From positions 268,400-332,399 of the forward strand of contig CAYNPK010000001.1 of the NCBI GenBank assembly GCA_964399075.1: DNA of 64,000 nucleotides. The letters are read 5' to 3'. Positions 1 to 11,490 of this stretch are shown in pieces. Under the pieces are notes generated by a model. It was given only the letters and a program-made list of their open reading frames with translations. It did no database searches and was not told the DNA's origin. The position numbers and the translations under genes were made by a program. Positions within the stretch are counted from its first letter, which is position 1; each line of letters opens with the position of its first letter. This DNA is from an uncultured Candidatus Saccharibacteria bacterium (GTDB lineage: Bacteria; Patescibacteriota; Minisyncoccia; Phycocordibacterales; JACOZG01).

Positions 1-203
1 GCCAAGAGCGACCGAATATCGTCCATCTAAATCTAAATAATTCTAAGCAAAATAAAATACTAAGTATCGTCTGCGCGATCAAGCTCTACAACCTCTTCTC
101 ATCAGCGCCGAATAAAATCAAAATAGTTTATACTCCTCACTATTCGAATTCCGGATTCACCGAGTGGCTAACCAACAAATTAATTAACAAAATAATAACG
201 CCA

Positions 204-851
204 ATGAGAAAGGGCGTCCAAGCTATCCCCTTCTTCTACCGCGACGAGGCGCGGAGCAAATTAAGCGAGCTAAGCACGGCTGATAATAAAGTGAAGCTAA
301 ACCGCGCCATCAATAGACTGTGGTTAGTCACTGTCGCTGATCTCCACTCTGATCAGGGTTTGGATAGATTAGTAGAAATTATTAAAGAAATTAAAAAAAC
401 TTATCCAGATATTATTAGTGTGATTATTGGCGAGGGCGAAGGGCGCGAGGCGCTGGAAGCGCAAATCGCCGAAGCGCAATTAAGTGATAACATCTTGCTC
501 TTGGGAAATATCAGCGAGACCAGTCGTTATCTCAAGGCCTTCGACCTCTTCCTCCTCACTTCCAAGCAAGAGAATTTACCTTACGCCATACTCGAGGCCG
601 GACTGGCTGAATTAGCCGTGATGGCGCCGGCGCTAGGCGGAATTCCAGAATTAATCGGCGCGGGACGCGCGGGGATTCTAATCAAGCCGGAAGAAACCAC
701 CGAAACGGCCGAAACCATCAAGTGGTTGCTGGCCAACGGCTTAGAGAGGGAGATTCTCGGACGGAATTTGGAGCAGAAAGTGAGGCAAAATTTTTCCACA
801 GCGCAGATGGTCAAGGAAACGGTGGTGGTATATAATGAATTATATGTTTAA
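204..851 (+). CDS. Glycosyltransferase family 1 (GT4) C-terminal domain only, 215 aa. An in-frame stop lies about 35 nt upstream, so the N-terminal Rossmann half is absent. Likely a remnant or split gene.
   Basis: Protein carries the Glycos_transf_1 C-terminal fold (…EGEGREALEAQIAE…LLLG…FLLTS…ENLPYAILEA…GGIPELI). No long ORF in any frame covers 1..203. Confidence 0.55.
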   Translation: MRKGVQAIPFFYRDEARSKLSELSTADNKVKLNRAINRLWLVTVADLHSDQGLDRLVEIIKEIKKTYPDIISVIIGEGEGREALEAQIAEAQLSDNILLLGNISETSRYLKAFDLFLLTSKQENLPYAILEAGLAELAVMAPALGGIPELIGAGRAGILIKPEETTETAETIKWLLANGLEREILGRNLEQKVRQNFSTAQMVKETVVVYNELYV

Positions 852-1395
852 AATAAAATATTCAGGTGGTTTCACCTTAATCGAATTATTAGTTGTCATT
901 TCCATCATCGGCTTGCTCTCAAGCATCGTGCTAACCAGTCTAGGCCAAGCGAGAATTAAGGCTCAAGACAGCAAAAGGGTGCAAGAATTATTAGAAATTC
1001 AAAAAGCGGTAGAACTTTACGCTTTAAATAATGGTGGCATATATCCTTATAGCGATCATTGGTATCCCGTATTGAGTCCAGCAGATGCTAACATTGTGGT
1101 AACTTGTTGGAATTCTTGTGATTATGCACCAGATCCTAGTTTGCATTTACAAACATATCTACAATCTTATCTCAATCAATTGCCTATCCCACCAAATCTA
1201 ACCCAACCTGGAGATACTAATTCGGGTGCTTATTGGTATTCCTCAAACGGCAAAGATTACAAAATTAGTGTTTTCATTAAAAATGAAAATAACATACCAA
1301 CGAGAATGAGCAACACTGACACTTTCAGTTATATATCAACCCCCATTGCTTCAGTTTGGTCATCAGATATTGCTAAAAACTGGACCTACAAATAA
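835..1395 (+). CDS. Type IV pilin / pseudopilin-like protein with prepilin N-terminus
   Basis: Short basic leader, then G|FTLIELLVVISIIGLLSSIVL, the class III signal and N-methylation motif. C-terminal domain contains Cys. Confidence 0.7.
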   Translation: MNYMFKIKYSGGFTLIELLVVISIIGLLSSIVLTSLGQARIKAQDSKRVQELLEIQKAVELYALNNGGIYPYSDHWYPVLSPADANIVVTCWNSCDYAPDPSLHLQTYLQSYLNQLPIPPNLTQPGDTNSGAYWYSSNGKDYKISVFIKNENNIPTRMSNTDTFSYISTPIASVWSSDIAKNWTYK

Positions 1396-1401
1396 AATTT
1401 C

Positions 1402-1956
1402 ATGCCCCGTCGTGGCTTTACTCTCATAGAACTACTGGTGGTGATCTCCATCATCTCGCTTTTGTCGAGCATCTCCTTGGCAGGTCTGAACGAGGCACGA
1501 GTGAAGGCGAGAAATACTGCGATAAATTCTCAAGTATTAGAATATGTTAAAGCCCTAGAACTTTATCGACTTGATAATGATAACTTTCCTAATCCAAATT
1601 CTGTCATTCCAGTGTGTTTGGGTGAATATCCTTCAGGGCCACCAGGGTTAGGGGTATGCGAAAGATGGATAGGTAACAATTTCCAACCACTTAATGCTGG
1701 AACAGCTTACCGAAATAGTCAAGAATTAAAAAATTCTTTGTCAAAATATATTCCTAATTACCCTCCAGTAAGTACGCAGAAGGTGTGGGTAATTGATAAT
1801 GCTTTTGGTTATTTAGGAGCTTGGTACTCACATTCGGCATCAATACCAAACCCCATCATCCAATGGTTTATTAATGGAGCCAATCAAGATTGCATCAGAG
1901 GGGCAATAAAACAACAAATGTTAAAGGCGACATGGTGTCAATTGACACTTTACTAA
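1402..1956 (+). CDS. Type IV pilin / pseudopilin-like protein, tandem paralog
   Basis: MPRRG|FTLIELLVVISIISLLSSI prepilin motif. Cys pair in C-terminal domain. Confidence 0.7.
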   Translation: MPRRGFTLIELLVVISIISLLSSISLAGLNEARVKARNTAINSQVLEYVKALELYRLDNDNFPNPNSVIPVCLGEYPSGPPGLGVCERWIGNNFQPLNAGTAYRNSQELKNSLSKYIPNYPPVSTQKVWVIDNAFGYLGAWYSHSASIPNPIIQWFINGANQDCIRGAIKQQMLKATWCQLTLY

Positions 1957-1962
1957 AAATCT

Positions 1963-3105
1963 CTACCCCACTCCCACAAATTCGTTTTTGATATCATCGC
2001 GGTGGAAACCGCGGGAGCGACGACTCATCCCTGTTAAAATGCCGAGACCGAGAAACTCGGCTAAGAGATGCGAACCGCCATAGCTAACGAGAGGTAAATA
2101 CAAACCGGTAACCGGCAACAAACCCAAGTTCATGCCCACATTGATAATGAAGTGACTCATGAAGAAAATCGCCAAGCCGATGCCGAACAGGGCTTCGAAA
2201 TTAGTTTCCACCATCATCGCAATATGGATAATCCGCCAAACTACCACGCCAAACAAAGCCAGAAGTAGCGTCGCGCCAACGAGACCCCACTCCTCGGCAA
2301 AGGCGGCAAAAACGAAGTCGGTTTGATACTCCGGCAAGAATTTGAGGCGCGATTGGGTGCCTAAACCAACGCCCTTGCCTAACACTTGGCCGGAACCAAT
2401 GGCGATTGTTGACTGAAAAGCGTTATAGCCGGCGCCACGGATGTCAGATAGAGGATGAACGAAAGTGATAATCCGCGCCTTCTGATAGGGTTGGAAAACA
2501 AAGAGCCAAGCAATCAGAAAAGAGACTATTGCTATGCCAAAGACTAAGGCTAAGTGCTTCTTAGAAATGCCGGAAAAAATAATCATCCCCAGCCAGATAA
2601 GAAAGATAATGACCGCCGAACCGAAAGCCGGTTGGATTAAAATTAAAGCAAAAGGTACTAGAGCGTAAGCGCCGGAGATAAGAATATGACGAATGTTGGC
2701 AATCTCAATATGACGGCGTGATAAATATTTAGCCAGAATAAGAATCAGAATCAACTTCATAAAGTCCGCCGGCTGGAAGGCGATCCCCCCCAGAGAGAAC
2801 CAGCGCTCCGCGCCCTTGGCGCTCTGACCAAACCAATTAAGCATCAACACCAGACCAATGCCAGCGCTGTATAGAGTCACCAAGACGCCGGACCGACGCA
2901 GAAAGTGCCAGTCAAGACGACTGGCAATAAAAAAGACGACGAGAGAAATAGCAATCCACATTAATTGCCGATCGAAGTGATAACTATCCTCGGTGAAGGA
3001 GTTCATCGTCAACAAGCCCGCCGTCAATAAGGCCAAGGCGGAACCAACCAAGAGCCAGTCAAAGTGCCGACAGGCCTTGCTTAAATAAACGCGGGCTTGT
3101 TCCAT
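1963..3105 (-). CDS. ftsW: SEDS family peptidoglycan glycosyltransferase (FtsW/RodA)
   Basis: About 10 TM helices. Conserved FtsW/RodA block: GSGQVLGKGVGLGTQSRLKFLPEYQTDFVFAAFAEEWGLVG. Confidence 0.85.
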   Translation of the reverse strand: MEQARVYLSKACRHFDWLLVGSALALLTAGLLTMNSFTEDSYHFDRQLMWIAISLVVFFIASRLDWHFLRRSGVLVTLYSAGIGLVLMLNWFGQSAKGAERWFSLGGIAFQPADFMKLILILILAKYLSRRHIEIANIRHILISGAYALVPFALILIQPAFGSAVIIFLIWLGMIIFSGISKKHLALVFGIAIVSFLIAWLFVFQPYQKARIITFVHPLSDIRGAGYNAFQSTIAIGSGQVLGKGVGLGTQSRLKFLPEYQTDFVFAAFAEEWGLVGATLLLALFGVVVWRIIHIAMMVETNFEALFGIGLAIFFMSHFIINVGMNLGLLPVTGLYLPLVSYGGSHLLAEFLGLGILTGMSRRSRGFHRDDIKNEFVGVG

Positions 3106-3113
3106 AGAAAGAT

Positions 3114-3884
3114 TTAGGGAACTTGTCTTAGGTCAAAGTGAGGATAAAAGTCAAATAGTACCGGCTCGTCGGCAAAAGGCTCCGGCCAAGTGTAAGCGAT
3201 TTCCCTCGCCTCACCACGACCTAAGTTCTCAATCAAGGTGGAGCTAATACCGATGGCGTTATATTCTTGATTGGAGAGCGCAACTACTATTTGGATATTA
3301 GCTAAGTCAACGAAGGAGTCATTACGGACAACGGCCACCAAGCGCGGTGAGGGTAAATTAGTGAAAGATTGACGAGCGATGGCCAACTTAGGAGATTCTT
3401 TGTCAACCCTCTGCCACACCGGTGGCTCTGGCTCACCGGGCACAAAGATGGCGCGCGCCGGCAAACGAGAGCCAACCGCCAGACGGTGATCAAAAACAAT
3501 AAACCGCTCGCCCGGATTAAGGAAGACTTCTCCCTCGCGAAGAGTGATTAAAATATTGTCATCATCAAGAACTCGTAAGAAATATTTGAGACTGGCTAAA
3601 CTATGACCACGATTAGGATTCTCAATCAGAGTCGCCGCGTCATAACGATCAGCGCTGACTTTAAAAATTCTGGTCCAAATAACTTTGGGTGCTTGGACCT
3701 CCAGCTCACAGACCAGAGCACAAGGTCCGCCACAGTCGATACCCAACTCAGCTTGATTCTGAATCCCGTCAAAACAAGAAGGTTGAGGACGATAATAAAT
3801 AAGAATAATCGCCAAGACGGCAACTATAAGTAATACCGCCGCCAACAAATAAAGCAGTCTGCGTCTAGCGCTCCAACTAATCAT
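3114..3884 (-). CDS. Hypothetical membrane-anchored protein with an N-terminal TM and a Cys-containing extracytoplasmic domain. The ORF-track N-terminal extension up to 4046 is rejected because it overlaps 5S rRNA.
   Basis: The internal Met (MISWSARRRLLYLLAAVLLIVAVLAIILIYY) is the first start after the 5S gene. The hydrophobic anchor is followed by a soluble domain. Confidence 0.45.
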   Translation of the reverse strand: MISWSARRRLLYLLAAVLLIVAVLAIILIYYRPQPSCFDGIQNQAELGIDCGGPCALVCELEVQAPKVIWTRIFKVSADRYDAATLIENPNRGHSLASLKYFLRVLDDDNILITLREGEVFLNPGERFIVFDHRLAVGSRLPARAIFVPGEPEPPVWQRVDKESPKLAIARQSFTNLPSPRLVAVVRNDSFVDLANIQIVVALSNQEYNAIGISSTLIENLGRGEAREIAYTWPEPFADEPVLFDFYPHFDLRQVP

Positions 3885-3925
3885 GAATTGATTATAGCAA
3901 AAGTAAAAAGATTTGTTCAGTGCTT

Positions 3926-4035
3926 TGTTCTGGCGGATACCTACTCTCCCCTTGCGAGTACCATCGGCACTATGGCGCTTAACTACTCTGTTCGGAATGG
4001 TAAGAGGTGTGACCACCACGTTGAACCACCAGAAC
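3926..4035 (-). rRNA. rrf: 5S rRNA
   Basis: Reverse complement reads TTCTGGTGG…CCATTCCGAACAGAGTAGTTAAGC…GCCGATGGTACTCGCAAGGGGAGAGTAGGTATCCGCCAG, which fits the 5S consensus. Confidence 0.8.
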
Positions 4036-4097
4036 ACAACACTCAACTAGTAATAAAAAAGCAATGCTGATAATTAATGATTTCCAGATTTCCCAAT

Positions 4098-7057
<2,960 letters not shown>

Positions 7058-7208
7058 CCATTGGGAAATCTAAAAACCATTTTTATCTTTCTTGCTTACT
7101 TTCTTGCTTGATGATTACTTTTACCTGCTCCGTCTCCAACTAAGTAAAAACCCTCTGAACTTGAGTTGTGACGAGCATTTAATTGTCAAAGAAGCTAGCC
7201 TGTTTCAG

Positions 7209-7233
7209 AAAAAACCGCCCCTAGGGGCGGTGG
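7209..7233 (-). terminator. GC hairpin CCGCCCCTAGGGGCGG followed by a T-run on the minus strand. Either a terminator or part of the rRNA leader structure.
   Basis: Perfect 16-nt palindrome. A6 on the plus strand gives T6 on the minus strand immediately 3' of the stem. Confidence 0.5.
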
Positions 7234-7353
7234 AGATAAAGTTCAAAAACCGGAGTTATCGCCACCGCCACTTTGGTTGATTTAATTTATCCATACTGAT
7301 ATTGCCATTCTATAGGAAGACTTATCCCCCGTCAAGCATATCGACAATACCAA

Positions 7354-7385
7354 ACCCACCCCGCGCCTTTCGGCGCGGGGTGGTC
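7354..7385 (-). terminator. Rho-independent terminator-like hairpin downstream of the 7425..8114 gene
   Basis: CCACCCCGCGCC-TTTC-GGCGCGGGGTGG is a perfect 12-bp stem. Confidence 0.55.
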
Positions 7386-7424
7386 TAATTGATTGGGATA
7401 TTATCTAGAAAGTATCCGTATCGT

Positions 7425-8114
7425 TTAGTGATGAGAACCGACTTCCTGACGGAGCTTCTCGATATAGCGTCCAGCCGCTTCGCGGCCACCTAAGCCGAAA
7501 GCTAAACCACCAGCCAAAGCCAACATCGCCACCAAGCCCATAAAGATAGTCTGGAAGAGAGCTGGAGCAATACCGATTTGCAACAAAGCGGCTAAAATAG
7601 CGAAAATCCACACCGCCCATTTGGTAATACCTCCTAAGAACTTAGCCGAACTGATCTTGGCAGCGGCAGCTGACCCAGCAACTATTTTCTGCAAAGCTTC
7701 GGCAATTAAAGCGGCAACCAACAGAATCAAAGCGGCAACAATCACATTAGGCAAGAAGCCCAAAACGATTGTTCGCAAGAAATCAGTTACTTGAGTCAAA
7801 CCAAGCACCTCCACCGAGGCAATCAAGAAAACAACAATGACAAACCACTTAATGAGATTGCCAACAAAGGCGCCGGCATTCAAACGGAAACCGGCTCGGG
7901 CGAGAACTTCATCGGTGCCAACCTGCTCGAAAGCTTGATCAACTTTGAGAGATTTAACAATTTGAGACACCCATCGGCCCAAAATACTACCAATCAACCA
8001 ACCCAAAATAAAGATAATTAAGGCCACCAGAAGGCGAGGCACGAAATTAATCACCCCATACCACAAATCAAAGAAGGACTCTCTGAGTACTTCACCTAAT
8101 TGATCCAAAGACAT
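7425..8114 (-). CDS. Integral membrane protein with repeated conserved TM-helix motifs (MscS-associated TM_helix-like)
   Basis: Several TM segments with repeated …LIKWFVIVVFLIASVEVLGL… type units. No catalytic motifs. Confidence 0.45.
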   Translation of the reverse strand: MSLDQLGEVLRESFFDLWYGVINFVPRLLVALIIFILGWLIGSILGRWVSQIVKSLKVDQAFEQVGTDEVLARAGFRLNAGAFVGNLIKWFVIVVFLIASVEVLGLTQVTDFLRTIVLGFLPNVIVAALILLVAALIAEALQKIVAGSAAAAKISSAKFLGGITKWAVWIFAILAALLQIGIAPALFQTIFMGLVAMLALAGGLAFGLGGREAAGRYIEKLRQEVGSHH

Positions 8115-8226
8115 AATTAATATTTATAATTACTGCTAATAAATAAACTCCTCTGTTAAGAATAATAGCATAAATAAGCTCGAAAAGCGATAAAAACTGG
8201 CTGTGGATAAATTAATCGCCAGAAGA

Positions 8227-8796
8227 TTAAACGCCAAGCTTGTCAATCAAACGCTCGTGGGGATAATCCAAAACATCGCGAACAAACTTATCACAGGCAT
8301 TAAGACGATAGTGGAAATCCGGGGTTTCTAAGACAGCATAGACTAATTCCTTGCCAATCTCCGCCTCCAGACCGTGAACAATACGCTCAATGCTCTTCTT
8401 CTTGAGACCTTGACCGACAATTAGTAAATCCGCTCGACTATCCGTATTCTCAATAAAGATACCAGAGATAATCAATAAGTTAATCTTCCCACAACCCTTA
8501 AACTGTCTAACTAGTTCCCCCTTCCTGGCCACCAGATCATTCTTAAGAATAGCCTTCAATTGCGAGCTGAAGGGGAAAGACTGATCTAATTGCCAGCCTT
8601 TAAGCTTACCCTTACTGCGCTTACCGATGAAACCGATAGAACCAAGCAAATTTAGCTCACGACTAACATTAGACCGGCCAATTCGGCCTCTGGAGGCAAC
8701 CTCTTGATTGCTTAAAATCAAATCCGGATTAAGCAAGAAGAGGCGCATAATCTTAACCTTATTGAGACTACCAAACAGTTTACTTAGATTCTCCAT
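8227..8796 (-). CDS. Hypothetical protein with an N-terminal winged-helix-like segment and a possible nucleotidyltransferase-like core
   Basis: …ISGIFIENTDSRADLLIV… resembles the GS…D.D NTase motif. Weak. Confidence 0.3.
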   Translation of the reverse strand: MENLSKLFGSLNKVKIMRLFLLNPDLILSNQEVASRGRIGRSNVSRELNLLGSIGFIGKRSKGKLKGWQLDQSFPFSSQLKAILKNDLVARKGELVRQFKGCGKINLLIISGIFIENTDSRADLLIVGQGLKKKSIERIVHGLEAEIGKELVYAVLETPDFHYRLNACDKFVRDVLDYPHERLIDKLGV

Positions 8797-8807
8797 TAGC
8801 TTATAGC

Positions 8808-9194
8808 TTACTTCAGCTCCACTTGACCACCAGCCTCTTCGATCTTCTTCTTGAGAGCTTCGGCTTCGTCTTTCTTCAAGCCCTCCTTAAGCAGTGACGG
8901 AGCGGCGTCAACAAGGTCCTTAGCCTCCTTGAGTCCGAGCGCCAAAACTTCTTTAATAGCCTTAATAACTTGGATCTTCTGATCACCAGCCGCCTTAAGA
9001 TGGACAGCAAAACTATCTTTCTCCTCCGCCACTTCCGCGCCGGCGCCACCTTGAGCTGGCCCCATCGCTACCGCTTGAGCGGAAACACCGAAGCGTTCTT
9101 CTAAGACTTTTACCAACTCATTAAGCTCTAAAACACTCAAACCTTCAATTTTGGTTACTAGATCCTGATACTTGCTTGATTTTTCTTCTGCCAT
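8808..9194 (-). CDS. rplL: 50S ribosomal protein L7/L12
   Basis: Ala/Glu-rich hinge. C-terminal domain …[24 protein letters not shown]…. Confidence 0.9.
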   Translation of the reverse strand: MAEEKSSKYQDLVTKIEGLSVLELNELVKVLEERFGVSAQAVAMGPAQGGAGAEVAEEKDSFAVHLKAAGDQKIQVIKAIKEVLALGLKEAKDLVDAAPSLLKEGLKKDEAEALKKKIEEAGGQVELK

Positions 9195-9218
9195 GTTATT
9201 GTTATTTTTAATTTAAAA

Positions 9219-9722
9219 TTATTTTTTTAATGCAATCTGATTAAGCGCGATCACGAAACGTTGAATTGGCGAATTAATCAAATTAACCAATTGGCCATAC
9301 AACATCTCGCGACTAGGAATAGAAGCGATAGAAACCATCATTCCCACATCAACAAACTTCTTCTCCCACACTCCACCGACAATCTTCACACCACCCTTCG
9401 TCTTCTTCTCAAACTCATAAACTCCCCGAGCCGAGGCTGTGGAATCAGCTATTGCCGACTGGGTAACCGGGAAAGCTAGGGCCAATTCGCCCGGCAACTC
9501 CGGTGCCGTGCCATCAATCTTCAATCCCTCCAGCACTCGGCGAATTAGAGTCTTCTTGGCCACCCGGAAACCAACCCCCCGCTCTCGCAGATCTCGACGC
9601 AAGGCAGTCACATCAGGCACCTTAAGACCGTGGAAGTTAACAAACACTACCGATTCAGCATCACCGAGAACGGTGGCCAAATCCTTAACAATCCCAAGTT
9701 TCTTCTCTTTGGTAATTGCCAT
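9219..9722 (-). CDS. rplJ: 50S ribosomal protein L10
   Basis: MAITKEKK…VVFVNFHGLKVPDVTALRR…GFRVAKKTL. Sits directly upstream of rplL. Confidence 0.9.
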   Translation of the reverse strand: MAITKEKKLGIVKDLATVLGDAESVVFVNFHGLKVPDVTALRRDLRERGVGFRVAKKTLIRRVLEGLKIDGTAPELPGELALAFPVTQSAIADSTASARGVYEFEKKTKGGVKIVGGVWEKKFVDVGMMVSIASIPSREMLYGQLVNLINSPIQRFVIALNQIALKK

Positions 9723-9959
9723 ATAAATTTAATTTGCTAATAAAAATAAGCGTCGATGAGGAAGGACCTCGGCAGGGTTTAATCGCCAATTAAGCGAAAC
9801 CTGCTGTCTACGGCTTATGAACTTAGCCTAAACAAAAACACCTCAATAGTCAAGCGTTCATGAAATATAAGACGAGAAACAAAACACAGATAGCGGTTAA
9901 GACAATAGAAATGAAGCCAACAGCCATTCGCCAAAACATTGAATTAAAATATTTCATGA

Positions 9960-11228
9960 TTAAAACCAACGACGCAAGCGTTGTAAATTTCTAGACCACC
10001 AAGAATCAGCCTTGGGAATAATAATTGTAGCATCTTCTGTCTCTATTTCTATTTCTTCTATGATGTCCTCGTCCGGGATAACTTCATCCGGAGTCAGAAA
10101 AGTGGTTGTTGCCGGTGGAACCCAAACTGGTGCTGGTGGTACAGGAATAACAGCCGGAGACGCTATGACCGGTACGACGGCTAGAGAACCGAAGGAGTCA
10201 GCCGGCGTGCCGTCAGGGTAACGCAAATAAACCAAGATTGGCCCCTCCGTCGGCAAGCCAATCACCGCGCCGGGGAGTTTAAGCGAGGCGCCAGCCGAGA
10301 TAATAGTATCAGAAGGAAAAGTGAAAGTTCCATCAAGAGTTTCCAATCGCCAATCACCCAGATTAACTTCTCGCGAGGAGGGATTAGAAAGTTCTATGTA
10401 CGGACGATTACCGCCAATTACTTCAACAATTTTCAACTTAGGCTCAATTACCTCAATAGAAGTTCGGTAAGTAGATTCTTCTCTACCACTTACCACATTA
10501 GTAATTACCGTGTAATTACCGGGAAATTGATAAATATGCCTAACCTCTGGTCCTTGATCTGATCCGCCGTCGCCGAAGCTCCAGCGATGACGATGGGAAA
10601 TCCCATTCCGTCCGCCGGTTGATTCGATTTTGAAGGCGACTGGCGTGTGGATAGTAGTTAAACGCGGTCGCCCACCGTTAAGCTGCCAAGACGCTTTAAT
10701 ATCGGTCGCCTGATTCAGCGCTTGGGGTGATTTGTGGGCAGAGACGACAGTAGTGCCATCCGTGTTTGCCGGCGGATCATCATCGTCATCATCGTCGCTC
10801 TCCGGAGGCGTCCCGCCAACGCGAATTTCCTGAGTGGCTGTCCAACTAGTCCCAGCTTCACGCAAAGTGACAATAACTGTTAAATTGTGAACACCAGCGC
10901 TACTGTCACGATAATAAAAATGTCTCTGGGAAGAATTTTTACTCATCGTCTTAGATGCCGGATTCCCCGCCTCACTAAGAAATTCGCCAGTAGATGAAGA
11001 AGACTGGAAACTAACATCCGCCGTTTCCGTAATGTTAGTTTTCTCCCCAGCCGAGTTTTGGGTTTGCACCGTCAGAATCTCCGAGAGCTCTCCGGGCGCC
11101 GGGGCCCTCACTTCCGTCACAAACTTAACTTGCGTGACTTGAGCATAAGCAATAACACCCGGCGTACTAATCAAAGCAAGCGCGAGAGCGAGAAAACTAG
11201 ATAGATAAACTAAATTAACTCGCGTCAT
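9960..11228 (-). CDS. Secreted protein with signal peptide, PKD-like domain, poly-Asp linker and Pro-rich C-terminus
   Basis: Signal peptide MTRVNLVYLSSFLALALALISTPGVIAYA. PKD signature WSFGDGGSDQGPEVRHIYQFPGNYTV. DDDDDDD run. Confidence 0.6.
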   Translation of the reverse strand: MTRVNLVYLSSFLALALALISTPGVIAYAQVTQVKFVTEVRAPAPGELSEILTVQTQNSAGEKTNITETADVSFQSSSSTGEFLSEAGNPASKTMSKNSSQRHFYYRDSSAGVHNLTVIVTLREAGTSWTATQEIRVGGTPPESDDDDDDDPPANTDGTTVVSAHKSPQALNQATDIKASWQLNGGRPRLTTIHTPVAFKIESTGGRNGISHRHRWSFGDGGSDQGPEVRHIYQFPGNYTVITNVVSGREESTYRTSIEVIEPKLKIVEVIGGNRPYIELSNPSSREVNLGDWRLETLDGTFTFPSDTIISAGASLKLPGAVIGLPTEGPILVYLRYPDGTPADSFGSLAVVPVIASPAVIPVPPAPVWVPPATTTFLTPDEVIPDEDIIEEIEIETEDATIIIPKADSWWSRNLQRLRRWF

Positions 11229-11231
11229 GAT

Positions 11232-11375
11232 TCAAGAAGCCGGAATAATTAGAGGCGCGAGGAAAGGATCAGGCGGTTCTTGTTTGGCTCTCTCTAGACC
11301 GCCGGTTAGCCACCACAAGATCCCAACGGCAATGAAAATTGCGATGACCCAATATAAGTCTTTAGTCGCGTCCAT
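11232..11375 (-). CDS. Small 47-aa hydrophobic ORF below the ORF-track cutoff, tentative
   Basis: MDATKDLYWVIAIFIAVGILWWLTGGLERAKQEPPDPFLAPLIIPAS. AAGGAAAG lies upstream. Sits between two secreted-protein genes. Confidence 0.25.
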   Translation of the reverse strand: MDATKDLYWVIAIFIAVGILWWLTGGLERAKQEPPDPFLAPLIIPAS

Positions 11376-11417
11376 GTTAATAATTAATAACTTTCCTTAA
11401 TTATAACACAAAAACAC

Positions 11418-11452
11418 CCCGCCATTTGGCGGGGTGTTTTTGCTAATCTTGT
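11418..11452 (-). terminator. Bidirectional rho-independent terminator
   Basis: AAAAACACCCCGCC-ATTTG-GCGGGGTGTTTTTG, with A/T runs on both sides of the stem. Confidence 0.75.
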
Positions 11453-11490
11453 AGATTCAATCCACGAAAACTAGAGGCTTAATTCTCTAA

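Noticed and set aside
3885-4046. N-terminal 54 codons of ORF 3114..4046
   Set aside because: This part of the ORF is the reverse-complement translation of the 5S rRNA gene. The CDS most plausibly starts at the internal Met after the 5S.
9723-9959. L10 (rplJ) leader autoregulatory RNA
   Set aside because: A 237-nt leader exists upstream of rplJ. The conserved L10-leader structure cannot be verified by eye, so it is not reported as a feature.
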